64,000 nt of DNA from Monocercomonoides exilis PA203 (taxonomy: Eukaryota > Protista > Preaxostyla): positions 1,135,393 to 1,199,392 of the forward strand of contig LSRY02000031.1 of assembly GCA_001643675.2 (NCBI GenBank), given 5' to 3'. Position numbers and translations under genes: made by a program. Below, one piece after another: positions 1 through 13,278 of the stretch. Under the pieces are notes generated by a model. That model was given only the letters and a program-made list of their open reading frames with translations. It had not been told where the DNA came from and did not search any database. Within the stretch, counting starts at the first letter, position 1. Each line of letters begins with the position of its first letter.

Positions 1-1050
1 TTGTTGAATTTAGCATTGAAATCTCCTCATTTGCCGCTTTCATTTTTCTAATTTTTGAAATCGACTTTATAACCTTTAACAAATATATGTGAAGCACTTT
101 GTTGAATAAAAATTGCAGATACATTTTCAGTTATAAAAATGCTTCCAATATTTTTTTGTAAAAAATTTTGAATTAAAACGTTGTTATGGTTCGACACTTC
201 GATCCGAAAATTCCTGTTTTAGCTTTCATTTTTTTTCAAAAGAATATGAATGTAGTTCATTGCAATATGTGAGAAAAGTATGAAAGAGAATGAAGGGTTT
301 TTGATGGTTTATTTGTTTAAAAATATGATGAAATTGTTGATCGCGCGAATATTGCAGAATATATTTCTGTTGATTGATCAATCCCTCTGAATTCAAATTT
401 TGTTTCAAATATTTTGTAAAAATTTGCTTTGTATTGCACTAATTATCTAATATTATATTAATTAATTTATTTTATTTTTATCAAATGCATAAATTATTAA
501 AAGGATTTGAATACATTTTTTAAAGGTTTGGTTGAAAAATAAGACTTTAAAAAGTTGTGACTTGAAAATGTGATGAGACTTTTATATTTTTGGAATTACC
601 GTCTGAGAACGTTAATGATGGATTTTCTTGACTCTGACTTATTTAAATTTTTGAATATTTTTTGTTTTTGTGATTTTTGTTTTTCAAATAATATATTTTT
701 TTGATATTTTTCTTTTATCTTATGTTATTCGATTTGTAGGTTTTAAAAAAATAGAAATTATTTTGTAATTTATTGATTATTTTCATTTCATTTTGGAAAA
801 AAAGACAAAAGAAACACTCAGAAAGATAATTTTGGGATTTGATGATTTAATCAAAATTTTGATCGAAATGGAAAGCTTCAAGAAATAAAGATTAACAAGG
901 TTATGTTGAATAAATATAAAAAAATTAAAGCAGGAAAACAAATAAAACGAAAATATCAAGAATAATAATCTAATGAAAGGAAACACCAAAATATATTATT
1001 CTATGAAACAAAAAGATAAAATTCACTCTTAAAAAAATTCACCTTTGCGA

Positions 1051-2388
1051 CTATCGCGAATCTTCAGCTAAAAGCGGAATCCTTTCAATGCTTTCAGACT
1101 TCATCGAGGTATCTGGCCTATTTTCAGTCTCAGTTGGCTCGGAGTAATCAAACCAGTATTTCATTTTTATAACTCTGTTGTAGACAAGCATTGACAGCAC
1201 AAGAACAGCAAAGCCGCCTGCTTGCATGTATGACCAGTTGGTCCATTTTTCTCCATATTGCGGATGGCCCGAATAGTAAATAATCAGCTGGGTGACCCAA
1301 ATGAACAGCGTACGGAGAGCTTCAAAGATGGTTCTATGAACAGCTGTCAGCTCAGATGTGACAATCATCCCACCGTAGTTCAGAAGAAGGATTGAGATCC
1401 AATACAAACCGCTGAACGCCAACAGCTTCCCGCTTGTGCACACTCGGTAAAATGTATCGTGTGTGTTTTCATATCTTCCATTGTCCGAACCAGGGATGAA
1501 GTGGAAGATTGGAATGAAGCAGAAAATGCTAAGTATCATGCCCCAGAATCCTTCCATACCCACAACAACCAAAGGTGGTTGAGAAAGATCAGACAAAAGC
1601 AATTCTTCAACGATAATTTGAATTGCCTGAATCACTTGCGAGCCAATCACAAACATGCACCCCATTAATTGATATCCCCATCCTTTATATTCCGAGTCTT
1701 GATCATCATCTCCTCCAATGACTGATGCAACTCCAACGAGAACGAGTGCAGTGCAGCAAAGAGCAACACCAATCCACTCGAAAGGTCTCAATTTTCTATG
1801 TCTGAAGAAGACAGTTAAGATGGCACTGAAAATAACCATGCTTCCTCGAAGCATTTGCATCACGGACACCTTAATAAAAATTAACCCTGTTGTCATCAAC
1901 GTTGTAGCCAAAAGATCACATAATGCTGGAAGTGCGATCATAATTAAACCCTGAAAAAAAATGAAAAATGAAAATAATTTTAATAAAGCCTCGAAAAAAT
2001 AAAAAATATACGGTAACGTTGGATTTTTTATTTGTAGAAGAAGATGGAGATTGATCCCCTTCGTAACTATTGACTGAATAATCATTTGGATTTCTTTCAC
2101 GTTTTGTTGGAATAAGAAGTTCAGATATTTGATACCACGGATAGCATATGGACATGGCGAAGAACATGAGAATAGATTGGTACATTGCTTTGCTAAATTT
2201 TTTCACTTGGCCATCCATTCCAGGAGTTTTTGTGTCGAGCATAAGTTTTGCTGCAACCATCGTACCTGTTCCAAATATCATCATCAGGGCAACTCCAACA
2301 AAAGCCTAAATATGCATAATATATAGATGTTTGAATGCATTTTGAAATAAATGATTTGAACCTTTTTGGTGAATTTCTTTTGAGCCAT
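1051..2388 (-). CDS. SLC35F6-like drug/metabolite (nucleotide-sugar) transporter, 3 exons
   Basis: Manual splicing: ATG 2388 (MAQKKFTKK), intron 2306-2361, exon AFVGVALMMIFGTGT...KAMYQSILMFFAMSIC, intron 1951-2011, then GLIMIALPALCDLLATTLM...QMLRGSMVIFSAIL...VVGMEGFWG...HRTIFEALRTLFIW. About 10 hydrophobic helices. C-terminal ERIPLL fits the [DE]xxxLL sorting motif. Confidence 0.85.
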
Positions 2389-2505
2389 TTTTTGTTGATC
2401 AAGTACCGAAATAAACTTTTTCAGTGGTTGAAATACAATTGCAAAAATAGTTAATTATGTGTAAAAATAATATTCAAAAATTACTTGTTCAAACAAAAAT
2501 GTGTT

Positions 2506-5237
2506 CTATAATTTCTTCTTGGACATTCTTCCTTTCTTTTCTTTTAATTTACTATGCTTTTCCTCCTTTTCTTTTTCAATATGTTCCTTCATGGAACTAA
2601 CAGATGTTCGTAATGCGTCTTGTTCTAAAGTCCCTTCCTCTTCTCCTTCTCCTCCTTCACCTTCACCTTCACCTTCACCTTCACCGGCTGTCTGTTCTAA
2701 TTCTTCTGCATCAACCACTGCATCGAGTGGATCAACATCGGGTATTCCACGTGCTGCTCGCAATTCGATAGAAAATGCATTGGAAAACAGATCCTCTTCT
2801 GCCATTGCTTGTTGGTCAGCCATCTGAAATAGAAAAAGGAAAAGAAAAAAATGGGAGGAAGAGGAGGAAGATGAAGAAGAAAGAAGAAGAAACATAAAGT
2901 GTAATTATAAAAATTCAATGATTGATTGGAATAAAGCATTTCATTTGAAGAAAAGATTGAATAATGCAGTTTATAATGAAACAACAGGGGGAATAAATAT
3001 AAATGAAAAAATGAAGAAAAAAGAAATTAATAATAAAAAATAAATAAATAAATAAATAAATAAAATTTCTCATCCAGCAAGCACACCAATTGCAGCACAG
3101 CCGGCAGCCATCTCCCTCTCTCTTTCTTTGCTCTGATGTCTTCTCTCTGCAGCTCACTTCGGCTGAGCTGCTCGTGTGCTCGTTGAGCATCTGCTGCTTT
3201 GCGGGCTTCGAGACGCTCTTGTGCTTTCTGCTGGGCTTGGCGCATGAGATCTGAGAGAAATAGGAGAGGGAAGGAGAGAGGAGAGAGGAGAGAGGAGAGA
3301 GGAGAGAGGAGAGAGGAGAGAGGAGAGAGGAGAGAGGAGAGAGGAGAGAGGAGAGAGGAGAGAGGAGAGAGGAGAGAGGAGAGAGGAGAGAGGAGAGAGG
3401 AGAGAGGAGAGAGGAGAGAGGAGAGAGGAGAGAGGAGAGAGGAGAGAGGAGAGAGGAGAGAGGAGAGAGGAGAGAGGAGAGAGGAGAGAAGGTAAAAGGA
3501 AAAAAAAGAAAAGAGAGTGTTTTTATTGCAGTTAAAAAGAAGATTATTATAATAATAATTTTGCCATTAAAAAAGAAAAGAAAAGAAGCTTTCAAAGACA
3601 AACCAGCAGCCAAAGAGCGAGCGGTTTTCTTCTTTTCGATCTTTTCTGTGACTGAATTTTGCAGCCACGGCAGAAAAGTTGACTCAATTTGGTGTTTTGT
3701 GACAGTTGTGAATGGAATGGTTGAAGTGGAAGAGGAAGAGGAGGAAGAGGAAGAAGATGAAGCTGAAGAAGAGGAAGAGGAAGAAGAAGAAGAAGAAGAA
3801 GCAATTTGTGTCGCATGCTGATGAAACTTCTTCTGTGCAGCGATTCGAAGTGAGAGCATCTGCAATTGAAAATTTTATAAAATAAAATAAAAATAAATAG
3901 AAAATATCGATTAATCCACGATACACAGAGGACAATTGTGCAATGCAATAATCTCTCTGAAATAAAAAAAGCATTCAACGATTCAACACTCACTCTTTCT
4001 CTGTCTTTCTTAATTATTGTCTCCTCTTTTTTTTCTCTCTCTCTCTATCAATCAAACTGATATTCTTGCTTTGTGTTGCGACTGGATTCTCTTCTGAAGA
4101 ACTGCTGAATGAAGCATTTCTGCCTCTCTTTGTCTCTCTCTCCGCTCAAATTCCTGTTCTCTGCGCTGTGCTGAGTCTTCCCACCTCTCATTCTCAACAA
4201 GCTCTGCATTCCGAAGATGCTCATAGTTGTCCTTAATAATAATAATAGTTATAATTATGATTAATAATTATAATTGTTGAATTTTTGTGTGAAGAAATTC
4301 AGAAAAGAAGAATATGATTGTAGTAAATAATTCCATAAAATAAATGGAAAAAAAATTATTGGAAGTAAAACCCTTCTTTCTCTCAATCTGGCCAGCTGAA
4401 TGTCTTCTTCAAGTTCCAAATCAGCTTGCTGCAATGCTCTTCCAACCAAAATCTCTATAAATGGAACGACTTCATAATCAAAATCAAATAGTTCTTTGTC
4501 GTCCGTTTGTGTTGATTCATCTTGTCCGTATGGTGGAGGAACATATTCAGGCGTTGGTGGACGTTCAATTGGCGTTGGGGTAAGTTCGTCTCCTGGAATG
4601 ATTTCATAAACATCATCTTCAAGCTCATTGTTGTTAGTCTCCATCTCGCGTGAAGATGATAATGAAGAAGAAACGGATTGTCTCACAGCATTTCGCTCAA
4701 CTTTTTGCGTAAGAGAAGCTTATTATGCAGTTAATGAAATTTACAAATGTTTCATTTAATCAAAATTAAAATTTAAAAAAATATTACTAACATTTTCCGG
4801 TTGTTGAAGGCGAGCCTCTTGAACGAACATTGAGATTTGACTTTGGTTTCGTTGTTGAAGCCACTTTGCTACTGCGTGTCGCAAGAAATGAAGGTTGTTG
4901 CTTTCGTTCTGGTGCTTGGTGAACGAAAGATTTTTCGTGCAATTCTACGGGCTGAAATTTTGCAAAATATTTTGAAAAATAATCAATTCTTTAAAATCAT
5001 ATTTTCCATACTCTTGAATAAGTGTTTCCTCGATAGATACGAGGATCACTCATCATATTTTTTGGTTTTCTGGAATTTGAAAATTTTTAGCGTTTGTCAT
5101 GAAGAAAAAATATAACAAAAATAAAAAATTCTTGAAAATAAATTTCAATGAATATACTCATCGGGATTACGATAAGGAGCGAATCCTCCCACGGACCGCT
5201 TTGAACCTGAAGGTATTTGATTACTCATTGAGCCCAT
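2506..5237 (-). CDS. RSPH3: Flagellar radial spoke protein 3, multi-exon
   Basis: Exons encode KPKNMMSDPRIYRGNTYSR and ERPPTPEYVPPPYGQDESTQTDDKELFDFDYEVVPFIEILVGRALQQADLELEE, typical RSP3 motifs. Putative ATG at 5237. Acidic C-terminal exon ends at 2506. Internal exon boundaries are approximate. Confidence 0.85.
3274..3488. repeat. (GAGAGGA)n heptamer tandem repeat, about 30 units, intronic in RSP3
   Basis: Directly visible. On the minus (sense) strand it forms a very long pyrimidine tract just upstream of the acceptor near 3252. Confidence 0.95.
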
Positions 5238-5580
5238 ATTTAATTTTATCATCGAAATGAAACATCTTTGTTCAAAAACATTGCACTGTTGTGACAAGTT
5301 ACTTATCCGACATTTGTGATCTGTTCTAAATGGAAAAGTGAATAAAAAAATGAATGGATTGATCTATCCATTATTAAAGTGTTGATTATTGAGTAAATTC
5401 TTTTGATGGAACCAGCGAAAAACACGTTTGTCATTTTTCTTTTTTTGAAATGCTTAATAGCATTCTTATGTATTTGTTATTGACAAATGTTATGATCTGC
5501 GAAACTCTTCTTTTTGAAATAAATTTTTCTCCGTCTTGTCAATCCCCTTCGTTTGTCCATTTTGAAATGCTTGAATTTGT
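5238..5580. promoter_or_regulatory. Putative bidirectional promoter, RSP3/CDC48
   Basis: 343 bp AT-rich gap between divergent ATGs at 5237 (-) and 5581 (+). No motif identified. Confidence 0.45.
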
Positions 5581-8118
<2,538 letters not shown>

Positions 8119-8572
8119 ATCTTTCAATATATATATTTTTTTGGCAAAAAAATTAATAATTATAATTTTTTTTATAAAAAAGAAAGAATTGAAAAGAAAA
8201 AGAAATATATAAATTTAATAACTGTTTGAGGGTGCGCGTGGAGGTGATAATTGTTTTTGTTCTATTTTGCAAACTTGTGGTTTTCCACATTGTTAATACG
8301 CAAATACTTTTTTGGATGCTTTTCAAACTGTTGAATTGAAATTGAATATTGTGATACTTTCATCATACATTTGGGCTTTTTTTTTCTTTTTAAGCGAAAG
8401 AAGGGGGAAAATAAATATTTTTTTAAAGTAGTTTCCCAATTAAAGTTTTATATGGAATAAAAACGAAAATAAATTGAAAACAAAAATAACTCAAAATTTG
8501 TAACTGAAATAACAATACGCAAAATTGAAATAAATATGAAAACGAATGATTTGAAAACGCATGAAGAGTGTC

Positions 8573-9212
8573 TCACGTGCAATGAGTCACTGTTTTACAG
8601 TTTCCATGAGAATCACATTTTTTCGTTGAAACGCATTTTTTTCCAAATTTGCTTGCTTTATCAAAGCTTCCAAAAGGGAAGCTAGATCCTCCAAAGTTAA
8701 ATTGCGAACCTCCAAAAGAAAAATGAAATCCACCGAAATCAGCAAACGGATTTCCATTTCCAAATGGATTCCATTCTGAAAATGAATTTTCTTCTGAAAA
8801 TGAATTTATTTTTTCTGTTGATCCCGTTGCATCATATTGTTGACGAGAAGTAGGATTTGAAAGTACTTCATAAGCTTCGCATGATGTATTCAAAAATGTA
8901 ATTTTAAGTTTTATATGAATGAATAAATTTTCGCAGAAAAAACAAAAACGAACAAAAAATATATCATAAAAAGAAAATAATTAACAAAAAAAATTAAAGC
9001 AAACCATTTCCTATTTCTGCAAATTTCTCATTTGCATGCGGGTCATCCTTGTTTCTATCTGGATGCATTTTCAAAGACAATTTCCGATAAGCTTGTTTAA
9101 TCTCAGCTTGAGACGCTGTTTTTGGAACACCCAATACTTTATAAAGATCTTTTTTCTTTTCCGCTCTTGAAAGCCCAAATAATAAAACAAAAAGAAGTAA
9201 ATTAACAAGCAT
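8573..9212 (-). CDS. ER-targeted J-domain protein (DNAJB9/ERdj4-like), intron 8875-9004
   Basis: Signal peptide [18 protein letters not shown]-domain with HPD (LKMHPDRNK...FAEIGN|[15 protein letters not shown]), G/F-rich region, short Cys-containing C-terminus. Confidence 0.85.
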
Positions 9213-9448
9213 AAAATTACTGTAAAATAAATGCTTGTGATCTTATCCTGCAATAGTTTTATTGATGTTAATAAAAAATGTGATGAATGATTAATGACAA
9301 AACTTTTATGTTCACAAACAATAATAATAAAATAATTTTATGAATATTTTTCTTTTAACCATATTTATATTTTGATGTTTGTTTTTGTTATTTTGTTTAT
9401 AATTTTGTCTCTGATGCATCTATTAAACTAATTTTTCAAGATAAAAGC

Positions 9449-10577
9449 ATGATTGTTTTATTGTTTTTGATAGGGATATGTAATGCGTTGTATCGAATTG
9501 ACGGACGTGAATACGACTTGACAAATCTTGCAAAATCTGGGTTTGTTACGCAATCATTTCTATGATTCTTAAATTTTAAAACGTATTCAGAACAGACTAT
9601 TATAAATATTCAGTTAATGATTCAACAGTTTTCTGGAACTTTCGTTCTGCAGTCAATCCACAAAAAATTGACTCTTGCTCAAATGAGGAGCAAACTTTTG
9701 TGGCATTACAGGTCAAAAATGCTTCAAATCCCACGCATCTCAAAAATGCAGAGCAATGCTGGCCGATTGCTCATACATTACCGGAACGAGTTGAAGTCAT
9801 TGGAAAACATGAAGGACTTCATTTTTATTGTATGTTATTGTGCCTTTTATATATTTTCATTTTATTTTGCTTTAAGATCATCACAACAGTGGAAATGGAG
9901 CATTTCACATATATCTCCGCTGCAATAAGAAGAAGCTGAGCATCGTTGGTTCAAAAATGTTTGGAGGGATATTTTTATTTGTTTTTATTTTTAACTATTT
10001 GAAACATGCACTATTGAAGATCCGAAGATGAGTGGAGTGTCGATTTTAACACGAAAAATGGATGCCCACTTCCCATTCCATTAAGCTTTGGAAGTGTTGC
10101 TCTGATCGTATTATCTTGTCTTCTTGCTCTTTATCTACTTGTTGGTATTTTCATACAAGTATGTCTGCTGCTTCGTTTTGAATTAAATAATTATGTTTTG
10201 TTTTAATTTTTTTTTTAAACTCATAGGCCGTGTTACATGGAAAGAGAGGACTAAAAATGCTTCCCAATTGGGAATTCTGGTCAATGTTGCCTGGGTTGGT
10301 GATGGTATGCTTATTTTTTAGAATTAATGAACAATTTATTTGAATGACAATAATGTTTTCTTATGAATATTACATATTTTTTCTTGATAAAAATGTTAAA
10401 AAAAAATTTCTAACATTTTATTTTTATTAGGACGCATTTCGATTTATGTTCTCGCCTTGCTTTGGAAAACGCAAAGATTATGTGGATATTGATAAAAATG
10501 CAACTCCAACACAAAATGTCCCTCCTTCAACAAATCCATATGATACAGCAGAAAGTGCTGAAATACATTCTTTATAA
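9449..10577 (+). CDS. Cation-dependent mannose-6-phosphate receptor / ATG27-like type I membrane protein, about 6 exons
   Basis: Manual splicing: signal peptide MIVLLFLIGICNA, YDLTNL, VFWNF, IYLRCN, FNTKNGCP, TM LSFGSVALIVLSCLLALYLLVGIFI, tail GKRGLKMLPNWEFWSMLPGLVMDAFRF, YVDI motif, stop TAA at 10575-10577. Confidence 0.8.
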
Positions 10578-10817
10578 ATATTGAATCGAATAAAACAAAT
10601 CTAACAGTAGTTTATGGTTGGTAATCAATAAATTTCGAAAATTTGCAAAAATCATGAAGTAATTCTTCTCTCATTTGTATATATTGCGCTTATCTTTAAA
10701 AATTGTTGCTTCTCATTATGTATATATAAAGGCTTAAAGTCTGCATCTTTGCATTCATTTCATTTTCATTTTAACATATCCAAGATGTTCGCATGTCTCC
10801 TTTCGTTTTGGCTTAAA

Positions 10818-11437
10818 TCATTCGAGCATTGCTTTTTCGTACATTTCCTCTGAAATAGGTTTCTTTGGGATACATCCCATTGCTTCGCCAAGGCAAGCAG
10901 CAAGTTGATGTTTACACTTGTTATTTTATTTAATGAAAAGTTTTAATAAAAAACAAATTAAAAAACCAACAAAATAAATTAAAAGATGGACTTCAAACTA
11001 ACGGTGATTCCTGCCTTAATATAACAGAAAACATAAATGACGGGCATGTGCAAAAATGAGTGAAACACAAATATTCTTCATTTTTCCCTTCCATCTGATT
11101 GAAATTTTTTAAATTTTCGTATAACAATTTAAGTAATGCAAACCTGATAAAATGATCTTCCTGAAGGGGCTAATAATTCTGTTATTTTACCTTCTTCTAA
11201 TATTGTTAATGCCTCCTGTGCAATTTTCTTGAAAATAAAGTAAAGCCTTTAAGTTTTAAATAAAACGAAGCAATCATATGTGATTTTGTCACAAATAACA
11301 AGTGAAATAAAAATAATATTGATATCTCTGAAGAAACAATGAATAAACCCCAAAAGAATCTCATTTGTTAAACATCCATCATTCTCTTTAATTTGTTGAA
11401 ATAATGCTCTTGCCGCAATTCCTACGATTGAATTCAT
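10818..11437 (-). CDS. ZSWIM7: SWIM zinc-finger protein SWS1/ZSWIM7 (Shu complex, homologous recombination), 4 exons
   Basis: Spliced protein MNSIVGIAARALFQQIKENDGCLTNEILLGLYFIFKKIAQEALTILEEGKITELLAPSGRSFYQMEGKNEEYLCFTHFCTCPSFMFSVILRQESPLCKHQLAACLGEAMG...; SPSGR-like motif and CxC-x16-CxH SWIM finger match ZSWIM7 as I recall it. Confidence 0.88.
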
Positions 11438-11551
11438 AATTGCTATAATAGGTATCGAACGTTTGAAAGAAATTTGTTCTTTACAAGAAAAGCACACAAA
11501 AATAATTATTCGACAAAAATCATAAAAGATTTTATGGGGCAAATATTATGA

Positions 11552-12654
11552 ATGGCACAAAGTGATTTTCAGCTTACAAAGAAGATAAGAGAGGATTTTG
11601 AAAAAGCCAAAGAGTGTGAAAACTTTTAATGATAATTTTTTGTTTTGATATCGTAAATATATTAGATTTGCTGAAGTTTGTGAATCCTATTTTTGTGATA
11701 ATATTTAGCTTTTTTGAAGAGTACTCATAAAGAAGATATTGATTGGATAAAATCCAGAGTTTCATTGGTTGTTTCCTCTATTATGTGAGTAAGTGTTCAT
11801 GATTGTTCGGCTAGACCGAGGATTTTGATGATTTTTTTGATAATTACATTTATGTTATCATAGCTTCAGGATTCAGGTTTATGCGTATATTTCTTTTTTT
11901 AACTTTAAATTATGTGCAATTTTCTATTTTGAAAATGATTTTAGAGCCATGGTTGCTGCGAGAATTTCAAAAAAGTTATTTGAATGCAAAGGAGATATGG
12001 ACAAAATGAGAGAAATTTTCAAAAACGAGAAAAAACTTCAGGCCATTAAGGATGTGTGGGATATGAAAAAGGATTGGTCTAAAATAAGATCTGTTTGCTG
12101 TTTATTATCATATAAATACAGATATTTCCAAACTTAGACAATAACTGATGTAGATTCATTAAAGCAATTTCCACGAATTGGAGATATTGTTAAATATCAT
12201 CTTGCTCGTAACATTGGTTTATCTACATCTTGTTTTATTTTGTTTATTGTAAAATTTTTGAATGTTTTTTTTTCTAAAAAAAAACGGGATAATTCAGGAT
12301 TAATAAGCTGTGGAAAGCCAGATGTTCATCTTGTTAGATACTGTGAAGGTTATAATTGGTTTGTGATTTTATATAATAGAAGGCATTGAACTATTTTAAT
12401 TTTGCAATATTGAAAAAACACTTCAAGTGATGATCCTCATGTTCTGATTAATGCATTATCAAAAGAAGTTTGTTGAATTTTTCGTTTCAAAAAGAAGGTA
12501 TATATAAAGATTATTTGTAAAAATTTTTATATATCAAATAAAACAGGTGAACCTTCTGCCTGGAACTGTAGATTTTATACTTTGGATTTGGCTCAGCCAT
12601 GGAAAAGGAACAAAAAAAGCTGCATGTTGCAATGGGGGATATCCTCTTCGATAA
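11552..12654 (+). CDS. Helix-hairpin-helix (HhH-GPD superfamily) DNA glycosylase-like protein, about 8 exons
   Basis: Spliced protein includes YIYVIIASGFRA...DSLKQFPRIGDIVKYHLARNIGLISCGKPDVHLVR...GTVDFILWIWLSH. This gives the HhH motif, the downstream Asp-x-His and a C-terminal DxxLW, similar to archaeal/bacterial Ogg-type glycosylases. The first intron boundary is uncertain. Confidence 0.72.
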
Positions 12655-12792
12655 ATTTAAGTATTCAAAAAATGCTACTTTATTCTTTTTTTTTTTAATA
12701 TAATAAAATATTTATTGATTTTTGTATAGTGAGTAATGGTAGAAAAGATTTTTTTTTTAATTTTTTATGTATATTTGGAGCAAAATTCTATC

Positions 12793-12828
<36 letters not shown>

Positions 12829-12844
12829 TTTTACTATCGTATCA

Positions 12845-13235
12845 TTTCAAGTCTCACATTCTTATGGAGGAAAACATTCATAAAAATCAAAAATTATTGA
12901 ACAATATTTGATACACCAAAAATAACTCTAAGTCGAAAACTTTCATTCAAAGTCGAAAAAATTGCAAACGAAATCGAAAAACTTTCAAGAAAAGTCGGAA
13001 GTTAGAAAATTTTCAAAATTTCGACAAGTTGACAAAATTCAATAAAAGTCAAAAAACATTTTTGTTGTTGAAACATCAACGATACTTATTATTTTAATGA
13101 TTTTTCATCGCTTTTTCAATATGTTTTTGCGCTTCCTTTTGTTCGAGTGCAAATTTATAAACATGAGAAGAATTCTGACATAATCTTTTCTCATTTCAAT
13201 TGAATGTACACTTCTTTTCAGAAAATTTTACAAAT

Positions 13236-13278
<43 letters not shown>

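Noticed and set aside
1-1000. Short ORFs and a GGTTCGA motif near 188
   Set aside because: No cloverleaf or coding signal; ordinary AT-rich intergenic DNA.
2915-3865. 316 aa ORF with (SPLSSLL)n and the antisense (ERREERG)n ORF
   Set aside because: Read-through of an RSP3 exon into the intronic heptamer repeat; not independent genes.
12930-13050. About 20 nt repeats as a possible CRISPR array
   Set aside because: Tandem, degenerate, no unique spacers, no cas genes, eukaryotic context.
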